From the IMG/VR virus record IMGVR_UViG_3300048599_000194, positions 239,177 through 303,176 of that record: DNA of 64,000 nucleotides. The stretch is one strand, 5' to 3'. Positions 19,607 to 28,429 of the stretch are shown piece after piece. Within the stretch, counting starts at the first letter, position 1, and the number at the start of each line of letters is the position of its first letter. Under the pieces are notes generated by a model. The model was not told where the DNA came from, did no database searches, and saw only the letters and a list, made by a program, of their open reading frames with translations. Source of the DNA: a virus. Taxonomy: Duplodnaviria > Heunggongvirae > Uroviricota > Caudoviricetes. The position numbers and the translations under genes are program-made.

Positions 19607-19767
19607 AAAGTCCTCTCGGACCTCATCAACTGGAATAGAATCACTAGAAATTTCCTCATTATCAAGCAATAAGGAAACCTTGATTTCTTTCTTGTACTGT
19701 CCCCATTTTGAATCAATACGAACAGAAAGCCTAGTTTTAATTAGTCTCATTACATCATCATGATTCA
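19601..19767 (-). CDS. small hypothetical protein (55 aa)
   Basis: Read by eye; below ORF-track cutoff. Confidence 0.3.
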
Positions 19768-19995
19768 TTATCTGTTCCTTTTTACATGGCCTCTAGTTGA
19801 AAGCATGCGCCTCAGATGATTCACATATGCCTCATCGAACGCCAGAGCAATTATCGCATCGTCGTCGGCAGGTGAATAGCCATAATACCATATTTGGCAC
19901 GACTTATGCCTAACATAGTCACGACACTTTTTGAAGTGATTCAAAAGTCGAGAATCATTCATTTTTTCAAGAACTGCTTGATTCAATCTTAGCAT
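19768..19995 (-). CDS. hypothetical protein
   Basis: Trimmed to Met with AAGGGGGAT SD. Confidence 0.4.
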   Translation of the reverse strand: MLRLNQAVLEKMNDSRLLNHFKKCRDYVRHKSCQIWYYGYSPADDDAIIALAFDEAYVNHLRRMLSTRGHVKRNR

Positions 19996-20195
19996 ATATC
20001 CCCCTTGAACAGATAAACATCCATTCCTTTGTGTGTGTCGTAAACATACCATCTACATTTTGTGACTTCACCCATGATTTTACATACTTCAATTGCAGTG
20101 TCTATTGATTTATCTTCATCATATGGGCTAGTAAATGGGTATCCATATTCAGTACAATATATTGAATATCTAAACATAAAAAAGACTCCCCTCAT
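19989..20195 (-). CDS. hypothetical protein
   Basis: 68-aa ORF. Confidence 0.4.
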   Translation of the reverse strand: MRGVFFMFRYSIYCTEYGYPFTSPYDEDKSIDTAIEVCKIMGEVTKCRWYVYDTHKGMDVYLFKGDIC

Positions 20196-20210
20196 TTTTA
20201 GAGGAGAGTC
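20177..20210 (-). terminator. rho-independent-type terminator
   Basis: GACTCCCCTC/GAGGAGAGTC hairpin followed by T-run on minus strand. Confidence 0.5.
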
Positions 20211-20233
20211 TCCGGGAAAACTCCCTCTTGACT

Positions 20234-20656
20234 TTAGTTGCCGTGACAGGGCTTGGAGTTGGGATACCTCTTATAGAAAGCGGTAGTCAATACTCGGCTC
20301 ATGGCAAGAGTCCACTCGGGATTCTCAGCAAGCACCAGCTTCAGCTTCTCCAGCGCCTCACGCCGACCACGAGGAGCGTTGAACTGGTCATCCAGGCAAT
20401 TCGAGACACTGACAGTCGCAACCTGGACCTCGGATCCCTCTTCGAGCCGCATGAGGGTCGCAGTGGTACGGCACTTGCGATGAGTCGCCTTAGCCTTGTT
20501 GCGCCGCATGCGAGAAAGAGCGGAAGAAAGCTCCTTTACCGACAGATCGCTCAGCGGCTTGGAAGCAACATCAACAGGGTGAGCCTCCATCGAATGGCCG
20601 ACCTCCTCGGTACGCATCTTGAGGACGTAAGCGGAATTTCCAATTTCAATACGCAT
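20234..20656 (-). CDS. hypothetical protein encoded in a GC-rich island
   Basis: 140 aa from Met with AAGGAGAAUCAA SD; local GC ~55% vs ~36% flanks. Confidence 0.5.
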   Translation of the reverse strand: MRIEIGNSAYVLKMRTEEVGHSMEAHPVDVASKPLSDLSVKELSSALSRMRRNKAKATHRKCRTTATLMRLEEGSEVQVATVSVSNCLDDQFNAPRGRREALEKLKLVLAENPEWTLAMSRVLTTAFYKRYPNSKPCHGN

Positions 20657-20710
20657 TTGATTCTCCTTGTGTGTAGTAGATAGCCGACATTCAGCTTTCC
20701 ATCTCATTCA

Positions 20711-20741
20711 TAAGATACGATGGCCATCGTACACTGTCAAC
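20711..20741 (-). promoter_or_regulatory. promoter-like motif (AAGATACGAT-N14-GTCAACC)
   Basis: Motif instance. Confidence 0.5.
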
Positions 20742-20746
20742 CATTT

Positions 20747-21073
20747 TTAATCAACCCAACCATTAATCCGAATGTAATGATTGCAGTAATCGCGATCATT
20801 GTCAACCATATGCTTTGCGTGAAGATTAAGCTCCTGCTGAATTCTAATTTGCAGGGCCAAACCAACGACCGTACACGCCGCATCATTGGTTAATTGATAA
20901 TCGACAGATCCTTGACGGGCCTTTGCCGCATCAATACATGCCTTCTTAATCAATGGCATTTGAATTCGAACCTGCGCATCGACAAATGACTGAGTCGAAC
21001 TCTTGAACTCTTTTACAAGTTCGTCCTTAAAGGTATTTCCGGCCATTTGATCCTCCAAGCTAAGGTGTATCAA
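20747..21073 (-). CDS. hypothetical protein
   Basis: 108-aa ORF. Confidence 0.45.
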   Translation of the reverse strand: MIHLSLEDQMAGNTFKDELVKEFKSSTQSFVDAQVRIQMPLIKKACIDAAKARQGSVDYQLTNDAACTVVGLALQIRIQQELNLHAKHMVDNDRDYCNHYIRINGWVD

Positions 21074-21095
21074 AAAGATACTACTATGGCGTCAA
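21065..21095 (-). promoter_or_regulatory. promoter-like motif
   Basis: AAGATACTAC-N14-GTCAACC. Confidence 0.55.
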
Positions 21096-21109
21096 ATCGT
21101 CAACCGTTC

Positions 21110-21457
21110 TCATGCGTATTGTTCTTCGGAAGAGTCTCTTTGCTCAGGTGCCGTCTCGGATGATGAATTCTCATCAGCCAATTGTTGTTCCTTCAGAGCA
21201 CCATCAATTTCTTTAGATTGCTGTTCCATGTCGTCCAAACTCTTAGGTGCATAATCAGTTCCTTTAATCTTTTCATTAAAGGTATCCAATGTCTTATTCA
21301 TCAGCGAAGACATTGCCTTTTTCTGATTACCGTCATGTACGATATTTAATACTGCATCAAAATTTTCAACAGCCTGTTGCATTTTACCGTGAATAAATTT
21401 CAACTCTTTTTCATTAAGTGATTCGTAAATATATCCTTGGAATGCAATCTTAGTCAT
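21110..21457 (-). CDS. hypothetical acidic protein
   Basis: 115-aa ORF. Confidence 0.45.
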   Translation of the reverse strand: MTKIAFQGYIYESLNEKELKFIHGKMQQAVENFDAVLNIVHDGNQKKAMSSLMNKTLDTFNEKIKGTDYAPKSLDDMEQQSKEIDGALKEQQLADENSSSETAPEQRDSSEEQYA

Positions 21458-21465
21458 GTCTATAT

Positions 21466-22089
21466 TTAGTCAAAACGATTCCTACGATTCCGCCAATAAT
21501 TAAATCCAAAAATTGAATATCCTAGTTCACTGAGCATCCCGCTTAGAATGAACTTATTTGGGTCAATGTTTGGATTCATGGTAGTAAATTCATCAGAATC
21601 TAATCCCAAATGATATGCAATAGCAGAACCTACTGCAGATGATCTAGAAATTCCCGCATGACAATGCACAATTAGAAGTTCATTTGATTCTTCGTAGTGA
21701 GTAATTGGCTCATATGGAGATAAACAGAAATTACAAATATTTTTAGCAATCTCTTCATTAAAATAAATGAATTTTGATCTATCTAAATTCTTACGTTTAA
21801 CAATAGATTCCCATATTTCGCCACCAATGTCATCGAATCGATACGATTCAATATAAGTAAAATTATATTTTTCCCGCAGTGTTTTTTTCTCATCGTCGGT
21901 TAGAAATGGTTCATCACAACCATTGATAGAAACCAATCTAATTCCATCATTTGGGGGTAAACTAGCCAATACACTAGGAATATAATATTCATATCCTGGA
22001 TTTACTAAAGTTTGAATTGCCATTCTAGGTAAAATTTTAACTGCCTTAATCATTCCAATTTCCCATTTCATTGATTCCAGCGCCATCAA
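21466..22089 (-). CDS. protein-tyrosine/dual-specificity phosphatase-like protein
   Basis: CX5R P-loop HCHAGISRS; true start may be an internal Met. Confidence 0.6.
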   Translation of the reverse strand: MMALESMKWEIGMIKAVKILPRMAIQTLVNPGYEYYIPSVLASLPPNDGIRLVSINGCDEPFLTDDEKKTLREKYNFTYIESYRFDDIGGEIWESIVKRKNLDRSKFIYFNEEIAKNICNFCLSPYEPITHYEESNELLIVHCHAGISRSSAVGSAIAYHLGLDSDEFTTMNPNIDPNKFILSGMLSELGYSIFGFNYWRNRRNRFD

Positions 22090-22408
22090 TTAATCTTTTA
22101 GCTAAAGCAAAAGCCATGTCTTTCCAATATGTTTCAATTGGAATTGGATTTTCGTGTTCATATCGCTTAACCATGTCGCGAGTTGAATATCCACCTGGAT
22201 AAAACCCAAATGAAAAAGACATTTCAGAAAATTCCTGCGGGGTAAATCTAAAATTAGATCCTCTGATCTTCGGATTGAGCATGTCTGCAAAAAGACCTGC
22301 AGTTGATGCATGTATTTGCATATTCAAATTATCTAACAGTCGCCCTCGAATTATTTTAGGCTTCACGTTGTCTCCAAAAAAAGAGGAGGCCAGTGCCCCC
22401 TCTTCCAT
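22046..22408 (-). CDS. hypothetical protein
   Basis: ORF trimmed to internal Met to limit overlap; start uncertain. Confidence 0.4.
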   Translation of the reverse strand: MEEGALASSFFGDNVKPKIIRGRLLDNLNMQIHASTAGLFADMLNPKIRGSNFRFTPQEFSEMSFSFGFYPGGYSTRDMVKRYEHENPIPIETYWKDMAFALAKRLIDGAGINEMGNWND

Positions 22409-22418
22409 TATAGCAAAT

Positions 22419-22952
22419 TCATTCCCAATCAAAGAGCTTATCGAGAGTAGACCACATCTTAGCGGCTTCGAGGTGATCAACTCTATAAAGAGTTTCTCTG
22501 AAATACGGATATTCCCTACGATATTTCCGCCACTGTTTCAAATTCGACGTGAATTCACTGTATTCGATATTAGTGATTCGATCTGCGAGCTTCACTAGAA
22601 TAGCATCGGCATTGGTAGCAAGTAGAGGATATGTGGCTCGATGCCGCTCTTCACGAGTCTCACCGGGCTGATCTGTAACCAGCTTCACGATGTCAGCCAC
22701 TTGATCACCAAAACGGGACCGAACTTCCTTGATCTTTACGTCAGTATCCTCAACCACATCATGCAAGATTCCAGAAACTTGCAGGTGAGGGTGCGACTCA
22801 ACGGTAAATCCAAATCTATTCAAAGTCTGGCATACGTTAGCCAGATGGAAAATATACGGCTTGTCCTTATCGTAGAACTGTGATCCGTGATTCTCCGTGG
22901 CAAAAATCAATGCCTGGAAATAGATACTTTGAGAGTCTGCCAACTTATTCAT
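22419..22952 (-). CDS. HD-domain hydrolase, SpoT/Mesh1-like (putative (p)ppGpp hydrolase)
   Basis: H...ILHDVVEDT...KLADRITN pattern of RelA/SpoT HD domain; start at Met with GAGGAGG SD. Confidence 0.6.
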   Translation of the reverse strand: MNKLADSQSIYFQALIFATENHGSQFYDKDKPYIFHLANVCQTLNRFGFTVESHPHLQVSGILHDVVEDTDVKIKEVRSRFGDQVADIVKLVTDQPGETREERHRATYPLLATNADAILVKLADRITNIEYSEFTSNLKQWRKYRREYPYFRETLYRVDHLEAAKMWSTLDKLFDWE

Positions 22953-23298
22953 CGTCGTCCTCCTCGTTAGTCGTATCATTAAGATACGGGAGTTCTCCCT
23001 TAGCTTCTACCAGCTTTTCCATGTGAGTAGTGATTAGGGTGTGCTCTCCATGATGGCGAATGATCTTGCCATTGACTTCCATTGTGGTGGGATTATCACC
23101 ACTAAAACTATCATACCCATCATCACTCTTAATTGGCTTGCGAGTAATTTCAAGATACTTATCGTCTCTTCTAGGAAACCAGCGAATCTCAATTAGGTCA
23201 TCTTCGTATTTGTCAGAATCACCTAATATGATTCGAGCCATTCTAACAAAAGCATCTGGCTTGCATCTTTTACGAACAATAGTACTCAAAAGTACCAT
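22945..23298 (-). CDS. hypothetical protein
   Basis: 117-aa ORF. Confidence 0.45.
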   Translation of the reverse strand: MVLLSTIVRKRCKPDAFVRMARIILGDSDKYEDDLIEIRWFPRRDDKYLEITRKPIKSDDGYDSFSGDNPTTMEVNGKIIRHHGEHTLITTHMEKLVEAKGELPYLNDTTNEEDDDE

Positions 23299-23299
23299 G

Positions 23300-23893
23300 T
23301 CAATTCTCTATTTCTAAGGTGGTGATTGCCGGATCATTATCAATTTCACAATCAGTAGTTTCAGGTTCATCGATAATAGTCTTAAAAGGATCTTCACCAT
23401 TCAAAACCCTAATAACCAACTCACCAACTCCATTACACTTCGCTAATCGCTCCCAATGAGCAATCACATTTGGATGTGCATGTTGCTTATTTTCAAGATT
23501 TGATTTAGCTTCATTTGAAATCCATTCGGCTGAATCTCCAATAAATTCATCCAGTCTATCATGTGGATTATGCTGAGGATATAATACATCATCTAATTTA
23601 AGAATAGTATAAGGGGATTTAATGCACCGTTGCCTACGAAGGGTCACCAAATCGGCGCAGGATGCCTGAAATCCAGAGCATCCTAATTCAGATCCCATAT
23701 AATTCAAAGTAGCAGATGCAACAAGGCCCATTGCCTCAACAACGGATCCATATGTATGTGTTCCGCTTGTAACTTCATGAATCAAATTATTGAGTTCCTG
23801 AAGAGTTTTAGGCCATACAGTTGCTCTCTCCCTTAAGACCTGTTCGCGGTCGCTGTTATTTTCAAAATCTGCATTCCAAGTATGCTCAGACAT
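23300..23893 (-). CDS. hypothetical protein
   Basis: 197-aa ORF. Confidence 0.5.
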   Translation of the reverse strand: MSEHTWNADFENNSDREQVLRERATVWPKTLQELNNLIHEVTSGTHTYGSVVEAMGLVASATLNYMGSELGCSGFQASCADLVTLRRQRCIKSPYTILKLDDVLYPQHNPHDRLDEFIGDSAEWISNEAKSNLENKQHAHPNVIAHWERLAKCNGVGELVIRVLNGEDPFKTIIDEPETTDCEIDNDPAITTLEIEN

Positions 23894-24906
23894 TACTTAC
23901 CACCCTTCGCAAATCCACCCTTACCGTCTCGCTTCTGACGAAGGTAATTAAATCGAGTATCCTTGATGATTTCATCAACAGTTCTAATGAATTCATCGTG
24001 TAGAAGTTTAAGACTATCGGCTCGATAGGTAACTCCATCAAGCAAACGATGCTTATGCGAAATAATACCCATCCAATTACCAGTCCCCATTTCCTTATGG
24101 GTTCCAATAATCCCAAAATGCTCAAATCGCTCTCGATCCAGTTCAATCTCAGGCTCATCATTGAATCGAGGTTCATTGAATTCGCCACTAATAGTATCAA
24201 TGACTTGATAACGGCACACACGCATCTTCATTCCATTATAGTCATATGGAATAGACACTACATCTGCAGGATTCACTTTAACCGATACAATAGTGGAACT
24301 ATTCTTAACATAATTCCACGCCGCCACATGAAGACCTCTGGAACAGGTCTGAGAGGAATCGGCATCAACATCATCTCGATTCATAGACAATGTATTACCA
24401 GGATGATTCTTGTACTTAGAATCATGGCATGCGGAGAAATCAGAATTTACATACTTATATGCAACAAAATATCCATCATTCGTAATGGGTATTCCATTGT
24501 GTTCAAGAAACGAAAGAAGTTCAATTCTAGAACGCTCAGACGGATTGTTTCTGAGATTTTCCCAAAACTTCACCATCGGCTCAAAATCGTATTTCTTATC
24601 CATGAAATCAAGAATGCGCTTGGCAATAATCGGCGGCACAAACTCACCGTCGATCTTGATGTTTCCTTCAATGACTTCAAAATGTCCATTGGCGGCATTT
24701 CTTAGATCAGATTCTCTATCAATAAGCCGAAGAATTCGATGGATCTTCTCAGAATCTTCCAACTGCTGATCATCGGGAAGTCCCATTCCATCCATGATGA
24801 CAGCGACAACGTCATTATAGATCGGAGATGACGCTGGAATACTCTTCAATCCCTTTCCTGGAATATGAATATTCGCGCCTGCGGGTGTGATGATTGATGT
24901 GAGCAT
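23893..24906 (-). CDS. hypothetical protein
   Basis: 337-aa ORF immediately downstream of GHKL ATPase gene. Confidence 0.5.
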   Translation of the reverse strand: MLTSIITPAGANIHIPGKGLKSIPASSPIYNDVVAVIMDGMGLPDDQQLEDSEKIHRILRLIDRESDLRNAANGHFEVIEGNIKIDGEFVPPIIAKRILDFMDKKYDFEPMVKFWENLRNNPSERSRIELLSFLEHNGIPITNDGYFVAYKYVNSDFSACHDSKYKNHPGNTLSMNRDDVDADSSQTCSRGLHVAAWNYVKNSSTIVSVKVNPADVVSIPYDYNGMKMRVCRYQVIDTISGEFNEPRFNDEPEIELDRERFEHFGIIGTHKEMGTGNWMGIISHKHRLLDGVTYRADSLKLLHDEFIRTVDEIIKDTRFNYLRQKRDGKGGFAKGGK

Positions 24907-24918
24907 TTTTATTTCTCC

Positions 24919-27051
24919 TTAGTTGTTGTCTTCGTTTGCAAAGTCGCGATCAATAGAATACACATATTCACAAATCGCCTTATGTAGAGCATTTACCTGA
25001 ATGTCCCTATTGTATCCATCCTCGAAAACCCATAGCATTGGATATGAAGCATGAATCAAATTGTAAGTATTAGTTACAACATCAACAGCTTCGAAGGTTT
25101 CATCTAGTTGGACATACTGCTTCAAATAGTTATACCTAAGCAAAGCGGTCTTCACATTCTCAGTGAGTTCATTCTTCTCAGGCTTGCTAATTTTCTTCCA
25201 GTAATTAATAATGTGATCATCTGGTAAATTATCAGTAAAATCACAAATGCTCGGCAAATTACGACGAAACGTAGAAGATTCGTTAATAATTACGGTATTT
25301 GCAATTTCTTTATTATCGTTCAAATAGGAAACCAATTTCCTCAGATATGCCCATAAGTATACTTCATGTGAAATTAGATTTGGATTTGCCTTGGCTTCCT
25401 TCATTGAACGAGAAGGCATTCCGTATATAGGGAGTTTACAAAATTCACGAAAATGAATGAAATACGTTCTACTATCCTGAACGTCAAATTTCCCTCTAGA
25501 AATCGGAAAATATACGCCTTCATCTAGATCAGCAACTTCACCAAATTCACGATCCCATGAATCACGAGGAGTGCTATATGGGCTAGTAAACGTATAGTAT
25601 TCAACCTTGGCTGAATTCACACCAAAACGTCTAGCTCTCCACATATTCTTAGTTGGATATTCAGACAAATCGGTCCATTGAAAATACTGAAATCCATATT
25701 GATCTAGAATAGGATCAGTGGTAGGAACTTTAAGAACAATTAACTGGCAATGCAAGATAGTGTTAGAACCGAGCATCGCATTAAGAAGCTGATTCTTACT
25801 AAAAGTCTTTCCCTCTTCAACTTGAACCACAAATATGCGATGATAATTATTCATCGTTCGTTCGCCAAAATCAATATCACTACCAACACTCTTACTCTTT
25901 ACTCCGTATCCTATCCCTTCTTCATTTCCTCTTTTAGTAATATCAATTCGGTGAACACATCCGATTTCAGTGGGGATCGACAGATAATTTCCATTAATCT
26001 CCAAATTGTTCCACTTGAAACTCTTAACCATGTGATCAAGTCGTAGTCTATTGTACATTGTTCGAAGCTCAAACATTTCATCTAGCTTCTCGCATTTAGA
26101 AATGGATTCCATAACATGATTTCTGAAGTGAGTATTGATCTCGCTTAGAATTTCATGTATTTTATTCAACGTCTTATCATCTGACACTAGAGCTTCACGG
26201 TTTGATGCAATGGTAACGTCGCCTGTACGCAACTTAACGACAAATGGGCATCGAGCCAATTCCTTCAAGTCGCCATCAAATCTCGAATCTTCTGCCGGGA
26301 GATTGAAAGTATATGGAATCCCTTCAACACAATACAAAATCTCATTAGTCTGATAAGTGTAGCTCTTTTCCATAAGCGCCCAATTATCTTCGGTAAAATA
26401 AACCTTGCGATTCGAGTAGCTAACATTCCCAATAATGTCAGGTCGAATATCCCAGTATTCCGTAATCATTGAAATTGCATTACAGACCCTATAAATGTCA
26501 TCTTCTAGAATATGTATTGAAATAAGGGTTCCGGATTCTTCTTCGGTCAGCTCTTTAGCAATAAGTGGCATCTCGCCAACATCCGATGAATCAATATGCG
26601 GGGCGTAAGTGTATTTAATACCCTCGCAGATTGTAGTCACTTCAAATGCATCGCAGTACGAAAATGCACTCTTAGCTCCAATTCCAAAACCACCAATTTG
26701 ATCATTGGTATGTCTCTTAGTGGATGCACCATATGCTACAAATACGCTATCAATTAGTTCAGGGGAAATACCCTTTCCATAATCTCTAATCTTTAGATAC
26801 GGGGAAATGGTTGTGGGGCATGTAATTTGAATTGGCCGTTCAGGGATCTTTGCATCCATGTGCGCATCTCGCGCATTATTGGCGTATTCTTGCACAATGA
26901 TCCTAGTTGGATTTGCGTACATATTCTTACGAAGAATTGCAAGAATGTTGACTAATCCTTCGTCATCGATACGAAAACGACGACGTTCGCCCTCAATAGA
27001 AGTGAATACTGGGCGTTCAATTTTCTCAACTATCATATAGCGATCCTCCAT
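24919..27051 (-). CDS. HSP90-like GHKL (Bergerat-fold) ATPase domain protein
   Basis: N-terminus IIVQEYANNARDA and IGGFGIGAKSAF resemble HSP90 ELISNASDA / IGQFGVGFYSAF ATP-lid motifs; C-terminal 450 aa unassigned. Confidence 0.55.
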   Translation of the reverse strand: MEDRYMIVEKIERPVFTSIEGERRRFRIDDEGLVNILAILRKNMYANPTRIIVQEYANNARDAHMDAKIPERPIQITCPTTISPYLKIRDYGKGISPELIDSVFVAYGASTKRHTNDQIGGFGIGAKSAFSYCDAFEVTTICEGIKYTYAPHIDSSDVGEMPLIAKELTEEESGTLISIHILEDDIYRVCNAISMITEYWDIRPDIIGNVSYSNRKVYFTEDNWALMEKSYTYQTNEILYCVEGIPYTFNLPAEDSRFDGDLKELARCPFVVKLRTGDVTIASNREALVSDDKTLNKIHEILSEINTHFRNHVMESISKCEKLDEMFELRTMYNRLRLDHMVKSFKWNNLEINGNYLSIPTEIGCVHRIDITKRGNEEGIGYGVKSKSVGSDIDFGERTMNNYHRIFVVQVEEGKTFSKNQLLNAMLGSNTILHCQLIVLKVPTTDPILDQYGFQYFQWTDLSEYPTKNMWRARRFGVNSAKVEYYTFTSPYSTPRDSWDREFGEVADLDEGVYFPISRGKFDVQDSRTYFIHFREFCKLPIYGMPSRSMKEAKANPNLISHEVYLWAYLRKLVSYLNDNKEIANTVIINESSTFRRNLPSICDFTDNLPDDHIINYWKKISKPEKNELTENVKTALLRYNYLKQYVQLDETFEAVDVVTNTYNLIHASYPMLWVFEDGYNRDIQVNALHKAICEYVYSIDRDFANEDNN

Positions 27052-27073
27052 ATGAACATAGTATGTCCATAAG

Positions 27074-27103
27074 AAGATACTACATGATTATCGACTCGTC
27101 AAC
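27074..27103 (-). promoter_or_regulatory. promoter-like motif
   Basis: AAGATACTAC-N14-GTCAACC ~23 nt upstream of ATG 27051. Confidence 0.55.
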
Positions 27104-27115
27104 CAACTATTTCGA

Positions 27116-28429
27116 CTAAGATGCGAACTTCTGAACAAATGGTAGTTTATTGGCGTCAAACCCATGTATTGTAGCCAGTATTGACAAGTATAGCATCATA
27201 GCGTGATCTTTTCCTTCTTGCGTATTAGATCCCGTTCCAATTAGTTGAATTGCCTTAGACGATCCAACCTTTTTAATATCTAAATTAGGCTTTCTTCCGA
27301 ATTCATCTATTGCATCATCAACATCTCCACTAAGTGAAGTAATTAAAAATCTAAGAGATGGGTTAGATTGGACTGGATGTTCTATTTCCGGTAATATCAT
27401 TAATACACTGAATACCTTAATATCTTCATCCTCGATAAACTTTATTATTGGCTCATATCGACCAATGAATGAAATAGCTATCAAATATTCCTTTGAATTT
27501 AATAGTCTCTCATGAACAATTGAATCTGCACCAAATACAGAGTTAATTCTAGTTTTTAATTCAGCTATCCTATTATCTTCAATGCCCAGATATGAATTGA
27601 CAATCTCAGACATAGTATTCTTAGCCAATTCGACTAGTGAATCCAATCGCTGAAGATAGAATGTTATTAATGGCCTATAGTTATCAATCTCTTCATCAGA
27701 AACTCTATCAGTGAGTAAATCTTCAATTTGATTCATGACCTTGCCAAATAATTTAGGACTTATGGAATGTATTTCATTAATGGTTTCTACGTATGTAGAT
27801 TCGTTTTCAGAAAACATGTCTAGAAGTTTCCGTACAATCTTTTTATTTGATTTCATCGCTTCGTCGTATGACATTGATCGATCTGATGATAATTGATTAT
27901 ACAGATTAATCAACGGTTTGAAGATGCTTACAGGATTTTCTTTGAATTTATCAAATAGTAAAGATATAATCTTAAATCTATCTGAATCTTCTTTCTTGAA
28001 TTCTCCGGTTAATTTTGATAATACCATTCTAAGGTCATTAAATTCACTTTCCGAATTTCTAACACTTGAGATAATTTCTAAATTCTGGCTCGTTTCAATT
28101 ATGTCTACAAGTTCAGATAAAATTCTGATAACCTTAATAGAATTTGGATCTCTAGATTTAACTCCATCAAAACTACCATTCAATATGTCTTGTAATGCAA
28201 CCTTTACTTCATTATTTACTGACCCGTAGAATCTAGAAAGCGCCGGAATTGCATACTTGGCGTGCTCATCCCTGCTACCAAATAATTTCTCATATATTTC
28301 AGAATAATTAACTTCAATTGGCTTATCTAGTTTGATGGATAGCAACACCTTAAACTCATTAATTCCGTCATACACTCCAAAATTCGAAGTAATCTCGTTT
28401 TTTAGCGTGATTAAGTAATTACTCAACAT
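27116..28429 (-). CDS. hypothetical protein
   Basis: 437-aa helical ORF. Confidence 0.5.
   Translation of the reverse strand: MLSNYLITLKNEITSNFGVYDGINEFKVLLSIKLDKPIEVNYSEIYEKLFGSRDEHAKYAIPALSRFYGSVNNEVKVALQDILNGSFDGVKSRDPNSIKVIRILSELVDIIETSQNLEIISSVRNSESEFNDLRMVLSKLTGEFKKEDSDRFKIISLLFDKFKENPVSIFKPLINLYNQLSSDRSMSYDEAMKSNKKIVRKLLDMFSENESTYVETINEIHSISPKLFGKVMNQIEDLLTDRVSDEEIDNYRPLITFYLQRLDSLVELAKNTMSEIVNSYLGIEDNRIAELKTRINSVFGADSIVHERLLNSKEYLIAISFIGRYEPIIKFIEDEDIKVFSVLMILPEIEHPVQSNPSLRFLITSLSGDVDDAIDEFGRKPNLDIKKVGSSKAIQLIGTGSNTQEGKDHAMMLYLSILATIHGFDANKLPFVQKFAS

Noticed and set aside
22978-23010. TTAAGATACGGGAG promoter half-site upstream of HD gene
   Set aside because: No GTCAACC-like element at the expected spacing; may be a weak variant but not callable.
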